A DNA stretch of 63,670 nucleotides, counting the filler, from Bigelowiella natans CCMP2755 (lineage: Eukaryota > Protista > Cercozoa): the NCBI GenBank assembly GCA_000320545.1. It is 7 parts of 7 records of this genome, joined end to end, with 100 filler letters (N's around TTAATTAATTAA, not from the genome) between each part and the next. Parts side by side here need not be neighbours in the genome. Positions count along the whole stretch, not along the records: positions 17,631 to 36,650 come from ADNK01002113.1; positions 36,751 to 53,453 come from ADNK01001582.1; 5 more parts are not named here. The stretch is one strand, 5' to 3'. Position numbers and translations under genes: made by a program. Below the pieces are notes generated by a model. The model saw nothing but the letters and a program-made list of their open reading frames with translations. It had not been told where the DNA came from and did no database searches. Of this stretch, positions 31,427 through 43,514 are shown in pieces (the first letter of the stretch is position 1; each line of letters opens with the position of its first letter).

Positions 31427-33142
31427 GTGTGTGGTGTATAGCGAAGCAGAGTAGAACCTGGCTGAAATGCGCATGCACATCGACAGCGTCATAGTAGCCG
31501 TTCCAGAACCAATGCACGATGTGGTGGGCGTTCGTGCCCTGTCGACGGGGCACTGGCATGCAGATGATGTCGGCATCGCGAGGCATATGCGCAATATGCG
31601 GGTATCTCATCGCCCCGATGATCCATGGGTACTGACATAACAAAACGAGAAATCAATTAGTCCTACGTCGGGTGCTGCATCGTCGTGTCGCTACATATGC
31701 TGCAAGAAAGTGCAACCTTTGGATTGTCGTATATAACGTAGCGATCCTCCTGCCGAAGATTGCTCTTCCACCGATGCAGGGTTCCGGAGGGATACTTGGT
31801 GTGATCGCAAAAGTCGGCGTCCGTTGGCTGCACTGCCCCGGTGAAATACGCTGTGTTCTGGCATGCAGCGCCGTCGCGACACCAGTGCAGTCGCGGCTTA
31901 GTAGCTGCCTGATTGGCCGATGCGGGAGCGCTGTCGACGTAGTCCTTCACCCAGTCCTTGTACTCATTCTGCCATATGTAGTCCTCGTCGTCGCCGTTGA
32001 TGATTACAAAGTAGGTGTCGCGGCCGTGGCCCGTCGCCCATTTGACGGCCATCTCCTGCCCGGGCCCCAGCTGAGCGTGCACGTCGGTGGATCGACGCTG
32101 GCGGAAGGGATTCGTCGTCGACGCCTCGAACATTGCCCGCCCGGGACTACGGAGCCAGTTATGCGCCGCTGCGGGGCGCGCTTGCAGGAGGAAGGCCGTA
32201 GCTGCTGTCAGCGCCGGGGACGCACCCCGAAATAATGCCCCCCCGCGCGCGCCCAGCAACCCCATGACTGCGAAAAGAATTGCTGGTGCGAATGCAGCTG
32301 ATGCCTTGACAGGAACGCTATCAGCCTGAGAGTGGCGATTACTACTATCGGGAATTCCAGCGGTTTTTGACGCAGCAGCCCCTGCTGCCGGTTCTGTAGA
32401 CTCCTTGTTGACACTGGACGGAGCAGCTTGCAGATTGGCCGCCTGCGACTCTTTACACGGACAGAAACGCCTCGCGGATGGATGGCTGGAGTAGCAGCTG
32501 GCCTCGAGGCGATAAGACGCGCCGGGAGCTGAGACGCACAGAGACTTTGGAGAAGAGCTGGGGGACAGGGAGGAGCTGATGCCGTTGTAGAAGCACGCCC
32601 CGGTATTGTCCATGGCCGGCGCTACGGAGGCGCACGAGGGCTTATACGGTAGTGGGCAACCAGAGATCGATGCAAGCGTGGACTCCATTCCTGTCGTTAC
32701 AACACAGACACAACACACAAGGCGAACGAGAATGTCGCATTCAGATGAGGGCTGCAGAATTTGGAAGAGGAAGGAGGGGTTTGGAAGGCAGTTGTCAGGT
32801 CCTTATTTACCGTTGGGTGTGTTGACTGCTGCAGCCCTCAGCGCTGCCCCATCGCATACTTTACTTCCTCCAGCCATCGATGCACAGAATTCAGAGCAAG
32901 AGACGCCGAGTGGGGCCACGCCCCAGGAGGGAGAGGGCGAGGAGGAAGGTGGAGATGCTTCGGTGAGCTGGAGGTCCGTACCCGTGCCTGGAAAGTCGCC
33001 CGTTGGAATCGCTTTTCGGATGTTGGGCTCGACGCCGTTAGGGTAGTAAAAATAGCCTACGATACGCGCGCGCGCGCACACACACACGCACACACATGCA
33101 GATTCCCAAATGACCACAAATATAAATTGAAATGTAGCACAC

Positions 33143-33179
<37 letters not shown>

Positions 33180-33916
33180 GGGTGGCGATCAAGCCCAGCG
33201 GGTTTGACAGGAAGACGTACCAGTATTCGCTGGGCCTATCTTAATGAGAGCATGAAAAGTAATCGTGCCAGTTCCTGCGGGGGGTGCTTTAAAACGGAAC
33301 TCAACCTGCAACGGCTTCAAGTCGGCCTGGGCGTGCATGATACATTCCTGCCATAGCCAGTGCCAACAACACCACAGGTATGTTAGAACTACAAACATAA
33401 GTAAAATTATTGGCCGGCCACTCACTAAAAATACATATTCCATTTTCATAAGACCACCCATGTACGGAAATGGTTATGCATATGCATACAAAGATTCCGT
33501 TAGATTCGAGAGACCTTTCCCACTGTCGGGTTCCAAAACTCCCGGTTCTCGGCGTCATTGCCGGTGGTCTGCCACTGGCCGACATGGCGAGAGGAGGAGC
33601 TGGACGCATGCAGGACCAGCCCGCGATACTTGAACGGGTAGCGATTCACTTCGAGCACAACTGTTATCCATTCCTGGGGCACGTAGGATGTTCTGCCGGT
33701 ATCCTTGAGGCGCAGCGTATACATGCTCGAGTATTTCGGCCGCCCAGCCCAGTTCATCGACAAGATGACGTTCTGCCGGCAGTCGAGGAAGTCACCCTTA
33801 TGCCAGTCTCGAGGGTCGCAGCCGATATCGGCCATCGCGTCAAAGCAGTACGGAGCGCCGGAGCCTAGCTTTCCGTTGGACGCGGCATCTGTTGCGACAA
33901 ACAAGTTATATGCAAT

Positions 33917-33953
<37 letters not shown>

Positions 33954-34081
33954 TTATTTATACAAATAAGCTCGGGTATCAAGGGTCATCGTCTCATTTC
34001 AAAATGATAGAACTAACCGGTAAGTGAGGCGATTGCTCCGAGGCACAAGACCCAAACGGCAATCTGCTCGATCCTGCGCAT
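27566..34081 (-). CDS. Large cell-surface polyprotein: signal peptide, Reeler, Cys-rich domain, TM/GPI-like segment, internal signal peptide, His-brace (LPMO-like) domain, CBM-like beta-sandwich, F-type lectin/F5-8C-like domain, Pro/Thr stalk, SEA-like domain, TM
   Basis: ATG at 34081 (MRRIEQIAVWVLCLGAIASLT). About a dozen GT-AG exons; the junctions I checked are phase-consistent (e.g. 32811^32690 G|GA ATG; 31717^31631 K|Y). Reeler motifs YVPQEWITVVL..FKYRGLVLHA..VGQW..CIMH..K..VEFRFKAPPAGTGTITFHAL. TM VAIVVIAAVGSVIILIGCGW. The cytoplasmic tail may splice on to further exons down to about 27070. Confidence 0.8.
28040..28360 (-). repeat. Coding tandem repeat, PTPRPSPG/PTPF mucin-like stalk
   Basis: 12/24/36-nt units such as GGAGACGGCCTTGGCGTTGGTCGCGGAGTTGGGCC recur on the + strand. 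The minus strand translates to (PSPGPTPRPTPR)n. Confidence 0.9.
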
Positions 34082-35129
34082 GATGATACGCGTCTTGTTC
34101 GTTTGGGAGAGGGAGAGGGAGAGGCCGGAATGATGCGTGGGTTATATTCGTTAAGATAGAAAATAGAAGGGAGGGGACGGGGTAGCGCAGGCGGTGCTAT
34201 CGTTGTTCTCTTCCGTGTTTTTTATGTTCACGCTAGATGGGATGTGGACAGCTGAGAAAGTGGAGTGAGACTCGGATCCTATCTCAGCCCCATATCTTCT
34301 GAAAACGCCCCCCCATTTCCGCAGCCGGTAAAGTCTGGGGACGAATTCCATGAAATTCGCGGGCTACGCCGCGCACGTGCAGAGAGGCGACTCCCAGCTT
34401 CCAGCACGTGGGAGGAAACGAAGAAAAACGCCAAAAGAAACGCCCATTCCGCTATTTGAGACGTAAAAAACAATAGTTTTTTGAAATTCGACAACATTTC
34501 AGAGTTGACGCGAATCCATTTATTCCCGTGTGAACCAGACGTTTTTTGCCCCAAAACACCTGGCATAGAAAGTGTGTCTGGATTAATGCTCTGCGACATG
34601 AAAAATGGTAAGTTTCATCCCGGAATCCGACCTGTTTTTATCAGAGAACGATGACACGTGCCGCGTTGTTTAATTTCCATGCAAGCTCCAGACAGACAGA
34701 CAGATCGCATTAGTTCGGGATAAAAAACGTTATTATTTTTCCCTTTGCACTGTTTACTGGTGACGTACGATGCGATGGCCCGTCAAGGCATAACGACGGC
34801 TGGCTTTACACTGATCACAAAGAAAGAACTGGGCAGATGATCTCGATTGTTGTGGCAGTTGTGGCTAGGTGTTTTTAAGGATGGACATAATTTGACCTCA
34901 ATTTAACAGGGACATGGCAGAGTGCCCAATCGGGATCCGCGATTACCTTCAAAGACAACCAAATAATTTAGATAAAAATAATTAGGATATATAATGCTTT
35001 ATAAATTTTCTAAATTCGCACACAACACAAGTCTCTGAGGGGCAAACACCCAAAAGCACTCTATTTCCTATCGGGCCTGCAGCCCAGGGCGGAAAGCGAG
35101 CTCTGCAACACAGCCTGGCTCTGAGTAGA

Positions 35130-36311
35130 GGGCTGTCCTAGAGCCCTTCCCTTCCGCCACTACACCCGTAAAGGGTTTATGAGGCTGGGTGCCAAGGTCC
35201 TAGTGAGAGAGATCATTTCCCTGAATTGTTGTTGAGATACATATGTTTTCTCCTCCTCCTCCTCCTCCTCCTCCTCCTCCTCCTATTATTATTATTTTTG
35301 TGGCAGTTCCCTCTCGCCTTGCTGATTCGCAGCAGTCCTTTCGAAATCTTCTTCCTGGGGATCATCACTGGCTTCGGGTAGGAGGGACGGGGGATGGGCG
35401 AGCGGAGGGCATAAAACTCATTTCGAACCAACATGGCTCGGCGTCGTTGATCGGGCTAGGGAGAGCTTCCTTGTTGCCGTATAGATGGCCAGTACATGTC
35501 ATGTCCCGCGTTAGCTATATCACGATGTTTTGGTCAACCTATATCTTGTGTAAGGTTATGGCTCGTTTTGACGATAAATCTCTGGTCCACGGGGATATTG
35601 TTCTCACCGACATTGCCCCCGACGCCACGGATTACCGCTCGTTCTGCTGCGGTGCCTCCGCCAGAGTTCTCGAATCTGTAGGATATTGTATCTACCTCTT
35701 CCTCCTGCATCCCCCCCTCCATTCTCTCCACGCACCTGACACAAACGCAAAAGTGTGAATGTACACAATTTTCATACCTTTATATTTTCAACACACGCGG
35801 GTCAACGTACACCGCTCAGGCCACCATACACGAAGACGGTGCACGAAGAGGACGATCATCATGGCAAGAGGAAAGATGACGGTGTTATAAAGAGTATCGA
35901 CGAAAAGACCATTGACGATGAAAGAGCGGCCACGTCTTCCGCGTCATCCAGCACACCTGCAGCATCACCAGTTTCATCGTCATCATCATCATCTTCAGCA
36001 GCAGCAGCGGCATCATCGTCATCGAAGACAGAGAATGCCCACATCCCTGACAACGGGGAGAACGATCAGAAGGAGATGTTCTTCGACCTCCTACCCCCCC
36101 CCGGCTCAGAGCACGACGGCGATGACAGCAACGGTTTGTAGTGAGTGGAGCTTTGACAGCCTGTACCAAGATGAGAATTCTCTGTTTGCTTGTGTTGCGA
36201 TGGAGTCGTTAGCTAGCACATGATAAGAGGGGCGGTTCTAAGAATAGCGCCACGAAGCTGCACATTTTAAAACTGTTGGGTTCATGTTCCCTTTCTTCCT
36301 GGCATTTACTG

Positions 36312-36342
<31 letters not shown>

Positions 36343-36650
36343 TTACTACTCTTTCAACTACTTCTACTGCCACACAGGGGTAGTCGTGCATGCGGGACTC
36401 CCAGTCATTTCTGAGGAAAGATCAGCATTGCATATAGGTGAGGTGTGTGTGTGTGTGTGTGTGTGTTTATGTGTGTGTCATCTCCTAAACAAAGCCAGTC
36501 ATTACTTATACCGTGCTAATTACTGGCAATCGTAGGACTTGGGGCGGGGGGGGGGGGAAACAGACTCATATTCACAAATAACTGCCCGCCCTCCTGGAAC
36601 GCAATGACGAACTGCGCGTGTAACACATCGCAGTCACACAGGATGAGCTG
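35130..36650 (+). CDS. Hypothetical multi-exon protein, truncated by the gap; start uncertain (possibly near 34598)
   Basis: Exon-like blocks GFMRLGAKVL|VPSRLADSQQSFRNLLPGDHHWLR, VMARFDDKSLVHGDIVLTDIAPDATDYRSFCCGASARVLES and CSEWSFDSLYQDENSLFACVAMES, flanked by GT/AG. Confidence 0.4.
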
Positions 36651-36750
36651 NNNNNNNNNNNNNNNNNNNNNNNNNNNNNNNNNNNNNNNNNNNNTTAATT
36701 AATTAANNNNNNNNNNNNNNNNNNNNNNNNNNNNNNNNNNNNNNNNNNNN

Positions 36751-36972
36751 GAGAGAGAGAGAGAGAGAGATGCATCTCTCGCCCCCTCTCTATATGTGTC
36801 GAGAGCGAGAGAGAGAGATATGTAGCGCGCTCTCTCTCTCTCTCACGCTGTGTGTGCTCCCCCATATAGAGCTCGAGAGATATAGAGAGAGAGAGATATC
36901 TCTATATATACATATATATATACACATATCTATATATACCCCCCCCCCCCCCCCCCCCAGAGATATATATAG

Positions 36973-37066
<94 letters not shown>

Positions 37067-37070
37067 TTCA
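36751..37070. repeat. Compound microsatellite (GA/CT/TA/CA/polyC), representative of dozens of intronic SSRs across the window
   Basis: Directly visible (GA)n, (TA)n, (CA)n and poly-C tracts. Similar (CA)n, (TA)n, (GA)n, (CAT)n and (TAG)n tracts occur in most introns. Confidence 0.95.
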
Positions 37071-37099
37071 AATTTATTTATACTTTCATACGCTTGATG

Positions 37100-37571
37100 G
37101 AAGTAGGGGGGGGGACGGCACAATTGAAAACAGGGATGTTCTTTCATCAGTTCAAATAGAGGCTTCTCTCGCCCTTCATAACTCATTCGAGCTATATAGG
37201 GGTCACCCACATCGCATTTTCCAGAGAGATCGCCCTCCATAACTGTCTTTCCCTCAAGCTTTAGACTTATCTTGGTAGGCTTCAAGATGAGCTTCACACT
37301 CTTCGACTTGATCCCTTCGCCGACAGGGATAACCACCTATAATACCATCACAGTCCATTAGTAAATATTGTGCAATCACATACGATCGGTAGTGTTTCGA
37401 AGACGCTATTTGTCCAACCTTGACCATCCCCAGCCTGTGAAGTAAAGAATGGAGATCAGATTCGAAAGAACGACGATGGAGAAATCACAAAAAACACTGC
37501 TAAATGCACACATATTTCTGATGTAGACATACTTCTCGTCAGCATCGCGGTATTGCTCCCATGTATATCCT
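37100..37571 (-). CDS. CS-domain (NudC/p23-like) co-chaperone; 3' end unresolved
   Basis: MSKHECKGYTWEQ...; VVIPVGEGIKSKSVKLILKPTKISLKLEGKTVMEGDLSGKCD matches the NudC-type CS pattern YxWxQ..V.v.ipv..g.ksk.v....G.L. Confidence 0.65.
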
Positions 37572-38267
37572 TTACACTCGTGCTTTGACATGTGTTCCTC
37601 TATCTCTCCTTCCCGGCGTATCTTTCGTATGGACTCTGGCGGGTGGGGGGCAGACTACTGGCGCAACTTCCACAGAAGAAATTCCGGAAATCGTCCATAA
37701 AATTGTAAAACGACATCGATATAGTGTTGTCGCATGAATAAAAAGGACTTGATCTTTCGCTTGAATGACATCTTCCTCGAATGATCAATTGCTCTTTGGA
37801 AACAAAGCGCCCAAGTTTGAACAGTGGAAATCGTTATTTTAGAGGTGATTCCTCAAGAGATATACTAAAAGTCGTATGACGTAGAAAAGAATTATAGCAC
37901 ATATGTGCTTGAGTAATTTATACGGGTCAAGTAGTACGTCTTATTCCTCCTTCGCAACCGAGAAGTCTTCGGGAATTTCGGAAAGGTCAAGAAAGTCGGA
38001 ATCCAACAGACGAACAACGGAATCCACAATTTCAAGAGAAAATGAGATATATTCCGGATCTAATTTTGTCTAAAATACTTCCAGTGAACAGATGTCCAAC
38101 ATTGCGTTCTAACTCAAGAACGATGAAATATCTGCGGAATTCGAAACACTAATTTAGGATGTTTTCCGCATGTTTTAACTCTGAATCGCTTCTGCACTTG
38201 AGATAGTTTTTAGACTAAAATTTCAGCCAAAATTATCCTAGTCAATTTTGCGTGTTTCACTCTCTGA

Positions 38268-38804
38268 AATGGCCCGGTTTGTGGGGCCTGTCTCAATGGG
38301 GTTTCTTCTCTTAGGAATCACGAGGTTCCCTTCTCCCTGGCTTTTACCCCGCAGCCTCCTCTAGATCAACTATGTACTTATCATGCTCTGTTAATAGGAC
38401 GCCGAGTTGTCTACTAAGGCGTTCAAGCGTTGGATGGTGAGAGTTAACGATGTACTTGTGGTAATACCCTACTATATGTGAGCATTATCTCTTCCTCCTC
38501 CTCAGCGCTAAACGGGAACTTGCCCGCTCTCGAAACATAAGGGCACGCGGCCTTCTCCTCTCTTCCCCATTTCCGTTGACGCCTACTTCTCCTGCCCTAC
38601 AACAACAACCAGGGAGGAGAGTTTTTTCACCATCTTCCCTTTTAAGGTGCTAGTTTCATCTGCGGAGTTAAAACCCTGTATTTGCCAGCATGAGAGCGTC
38701 GCGAGATTGTTTCTCCGCTAATCTCGTTGTTGGATCACCTAGGAACCTCTGCTTTCGAGTACGGTCCCAAGATGACGACATTACGGTCGGAAAAATATGA
38801 TGAA

Positions 38805-38851
<47 letters not shown>

Positions 38852-38867
38852 TATTGATGTCTTTAGT

Positions 38868-38916
<49 letters not shown>

Positions 38917-39036
38917 TACATATGTTATTGCACGTTGAAACGACTTTGAAGCTTGCGTGTAGTATCATGCCCCCCCCCCCTTCCATACAAACGCTGCCTA
39001 GACCCAACAGTGCGACACGCAGTAACTCGTAGAATG

Positions 39037-39077
<41 letters not shown>

Positions 39078-40494
39078 TTGCAGACGGACGATGGCAAGCT
39101 CTCCAACGTCGTGAGAGATTTGAGGTACCGAACAATCCCTATTTATCGAAGACTGTGAGCCTACTTGATAAACTTCTGAAGTCATTCTTCTTCTTCTTCT
39201 TTTTCTTTTTCCTCATCCTTTGCGCTGAAGACGATAGCCCTTGTCAATTCCATGAGAGATGTACGGATATATTGTTACACAGAACTGACAGCGCCCAACA
39301 CATATGGGACCAGCAAGAGATTAACGTATTAAGCACAGGGTTAAAGAGAGAGGGGGAGGTAAGGGGGGGTATAAGTGGACGCGTACGGCGTGAATTCCAG
39401 TACTTTCCTTCGGTGACAACGAACAATCCTCTATTGCAGATCGAAGGGGAAGAAGGAGACGATATCAAAGATGCGCCCTTGTCCTCCTCCCCCTCCCCCT
39501 TCCCTCCATCTTCATCGAGGAATTTAATCCCGGTTATTTATCAGTCGTTTCCTCATTTAAGGTCTTGACTTGAACAAAACTTTTGCAATAGTGTGGTACA
39601 GCAATGATAACAGTCAATTCAAACAGATAGTAATTGCGATTAATGGTAGTAACAATGATAATAAAGACAACACCATCACAGATTTATAAGAGTGGGCCTT
39701 CTACATATCGAGATAACGTGCGGAGCAAAGTAGGCAACTTCTTTATTTTGAAACAGAGGGGAGGGGAGGGGGAGGGGGAGGGGGGCAAGGAATAACGCTA
39801 AGAGCCATCTCATGTCACTGATAATGTTACATTAAGATACATGCGCAAGTATTTCATCGAAGTATTTCCCTTAGGCACGGATCACTGTCATTATCATCAT
39901 CTGCATCATCGTCGTCATCAACGCCTCCTCCCCAAACACCTTACGTAACTCTGGCGATAAAGTCAGATAAGAACAACTTTATATAGATGATAGTGCTCAC
40001 CGGACAATACCCCTTCTTCTCTTTGCATAAAAACACAGAGAGTGGGAGAGGGGGGGAGTGGGAGAGAGGGGGGGTGCTAAGATCAATCATCAATCATATC
40101 GTCAGTTCATTCGCTGTTGTGTTGTGTTACCAATCGTGCAGAAATGGAAGAGTAATGTCCGGCAGCAACGTAGCAAGCCTCTCTCTACTATCACAAGAGT
40201 AGCCGTGCAATCCGATACAAACAACTCATTTCTGTTTATTATACCTCATATGTAATATGCGAGTGCATCATTGTGTGTATTGTGTGTGTGTGTGCGTGTT
40301 TGTATTAGCATGTGTGTGTTTTTATGCGCGAAATTACCAAACAGTAGGTCAAGGAGCTTCTGTCTTCGAGCAACCCTTCATGGAGAGAAATACCCAGTAA
40401 AATTAGCACGCACGTCATCATATATATCCTCAAAAATGCTTTTATATATATAATATATGTATATACATGTAAAAGCGCGTGTTTGTGTGCTTGC

Positions 40495-40538
<44 letters not shown>

Positions 40539-40864
40539 ATGTGTGTATGTGTGTGTGTATGTGTGTATGTTTGTGTGTGTATGTGTGTGTGTTTGTTTTG
40601 CTACCTAAACAACGTTCACAATATGAGCCAAGTCTCTCGAAGATGTAGTATGCAAACAATGATCACCTTGCATCCCCTTCTCCCTCCCCCCCACCCTTCT
40701 TTTGTCTGAAATCACACCACAACCCCAGACGCGAAACAAGGGGGAGGACGGCAACACAATGTCAACTACCATCGCGCTGATGCCGGAGGCAATGCTGATG
40801 AGAGGTACTTCCAGCTGGCGCGTTTTGTAAACTGCATTTAGGATATACACACACACGCGCGCAC

Positions 40865-40922
<58 letters not shown>

Positions 40923-41308
40923 TACGAACACTATATATAATTCATATGGTTAAAATGTGTGTTGGTATCCAAAGACGGACACTTCTGGACAGCGCACTCG
41001 AGCAATACGGTATGAGAGAAATCGGTATGCATACTACCGTTGTTTGCCCTCCCCCTGCAGGACAATGGAAATGCTTGTGACAAACCTCAAAATGATTTTT
41101 TTTTTTTTTATAAGTCTTCTTCGATGTATAACATTGGCTGCTTTTCTTTGTCCAAACGACGGTGCTTGCGTCCTGTATCTGGCAGGGGGTGACCCGAGGG
41201 AACTCAATGATGACGATGGGAAGGTTGCTTCTTCGTCTCTAGGTAGGAAGGATCAAATGTGGTGGAAAGTGTGACTTCGCTTCGTACATATAGCATACGC
41301 ACGTATCA

Positions 41309-41352
<44 letters not shown>

Positions 41353-41550
41353 AGAATAGGAAATTCAATAATATATATATATTATGTTAGATATTTATTC
41401 CACGTATTTACATATGCATATCTCATACGTGTTAATTGCCACTCCCAACGGAGTCGCAGATCTTCCATTAGCTTGGGTGAAGACCAAGCTTTTGGGGAGC
41501 TTAGATGTCATCACCATCATCGCCATCATCACCATCATCACCATCATCAC

Positions 41551-41582
<32 letters not shown>

Positions 41583-41755
41583 CCATCATCATCGTTCTTC
41601 CTACGAAGTGTGATTGTTTTGAAAGACGCGAAAGAACGGTGTGTGAAGAAGGGCTGCTTGTGTGCTGTTACTTGGTAGGAAATCCGGCGATTAAGGCATA
41701 CATGAGCTTCATATACCCGAAACCAAACACGGGTTGGTATGCATATGTAAGATGA

Positions 41756-41830
<75 letters not shown>

Positions 41831-42119
41831 TTCTCAGCTATGCACGTGCATAGTCTCAAGAAACACGCGCAGCTAATTGCCGCTCAGGTATTATTTTTCC
41901 ACGTGTAGTAAAGATGTAGTTCCACCCCCATCCAATGGCCTGTTTATTAGAGGAATGATTGATAACAAAGCGCCAATGAGCTGACGGCATGCAATTTATT
42001 CACTTGCAGGTGATGATGCTGAATCGTGAGCACAATGTAAGCAATGATACCTCACTCAAATACAATATATGAAATATGAGTTTTTTTAGTGATACTTGCT
42101 CGTTTTTGTGTTTTTCGAT

Positions 42120-42164
<45 letters not shown>

Positions 42165-43141
42165 TTCTCTCTCTCTAGGCTCGACAAGCTGAATATCTCC
42201 GTAACATTGACAACGCGCAAAGACAAGTGACGGTACACTCCTATCTGACTTTGCCTGCTGCGAGGAAGGGGGGGGGGGGGGGGGGGATGGCGTGTATATT
42301 TGCATCGAATCATATATTGTTTTTGATTGTTAGAAACGACACGAGTTGGTAGTTGTGCTTGACAATGTGCGGTCAGCCTTTAATGTCGGTCAGATCTTCC
42401 GCACTGCAGAGGCAGCAGCACTTCAGGAGGTATGCTGTGGTAGCAATCACCCCGACATGTATAGTTACGTTCTGTGTGTGTGTGTGTGTATCTCTCTCTC
42501 TCTCTTTCTCTCTCTCTCTTTTTCACTCTTTCTCTCTCTTTCTCTCTCTTTCTCTATCTTTCTCTCTGTGTGCGTATGTATACGTCTTTCTCTCTGTGTG
42601 TGTATGTATATATGTCTGTCTGTGTGTGTGTGTGTGTGTGCGTGCGTGAGGAAGAGAAAGGGGGAGAGAGGGAGAGAGAAGAATGTGTATATGCTTTTTT
42701 GCAGAGAATCATGGTTTTGCTGGGAATGCATCGCTACAGCTGCTAGTACTGTGTAGCTGCTACTATTTATATCTCCTATAAAATAACACGTGTTCTTTTC
42801 CTTACGATTCTCGCAATTCGGTTGTACCAGGTGGTTACGTGTGGGATTACTCCTCATCCTCCGCATCCTCAGGTGCGTGGTGTTTGCACAAAACAAGACG
42901 ATGCTTAACCCACTATCTTCCATTTAGTCAACTACCCGCAGCCTACAGCTCTCATCGTCGGAAATGAAGTGTCTGGTATATGTACTGAGGTGAGGAGGCC
43001 TTTTTACCCGCAAACACGCGACACCTTCCAGCGCTTATGACACGGGAAATATTGGCGAATAAAGGAGCGTCGTTCATGATATACGACCCCGTTTGCCGCT
43101 GTTTGTGCGGTGCTGCTGCATTTGATTTCGTACATAAATAT

Positions 43142-43181
<40 letters not shown>

Positions 43182-43302
43182 TTATATATCATGCTTTTGC
43201 ATTGTTGTTGCAGGTGATGGACAAGTGTGATGAGTTGGTAGAGATTCCATGTTTCGGCGTCAAGAACAGCTTGAATGTGAGTATTAGCGTGACTCTGGCT
43301 CC

Positions 43303-43348
<46 letters not shown>

Positions 43349-43363
43349 CTTCCTTTGTGTATG

Positions 43364-43400
<37 letters not shown>

Positions 43401-43514
43401 ATGTGGTGTTTCTCTAATACCTCGATGTCTCTGATCTAGGTAGCTGCGGCTGTCGCGACAAACGTCTTTGAAGTCGTACGACAGTGGAATGACAAAGTAG
43501 CTGATGATTCATAA
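38268..43514 (+). CDS. SpoU/TrmH-family tRNA/rRNA 2'-O-methyltransferase with a long, probably organelle-targeting N-terminus
   Basis: YLRNIDNAQRQ|KRHELVVVLDNVRSAFNVGQIFRTAEAA..|VVTCGITPHPPHPQ|..PTALIVGNEVSGICTE|VMDKCDELVEIPCFGVKNSLN|VAAAVATNVFEVVRQW gives SPOUT motifs 1-3 (42330-43514 secure). Upstream small exons and the hydrophobic start MARFVGPVSMGFLLLGIT are tentative. Confidence 0.8.

Noticed and set aside
35122-35124. In-frame TGA before VEGCP as selenocysteine
   Set aside because: Not a UxxC/CxxU motif, exon boundaries unknown and no SECIS identifiable.
37192-37210. 19-nt GT-AG segment resembling a nucleomorph-type tiny intron
   Set aside because: Removing it leads to an immediate stop; GC content and intron sizes here are nuclear, not nucleomorph.
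40271-42923. Many ORFs with [20 protein letters not shown] or poly-His runs
   Set aside because: Translations of intronic microsatellites; the same applies throughout the window.
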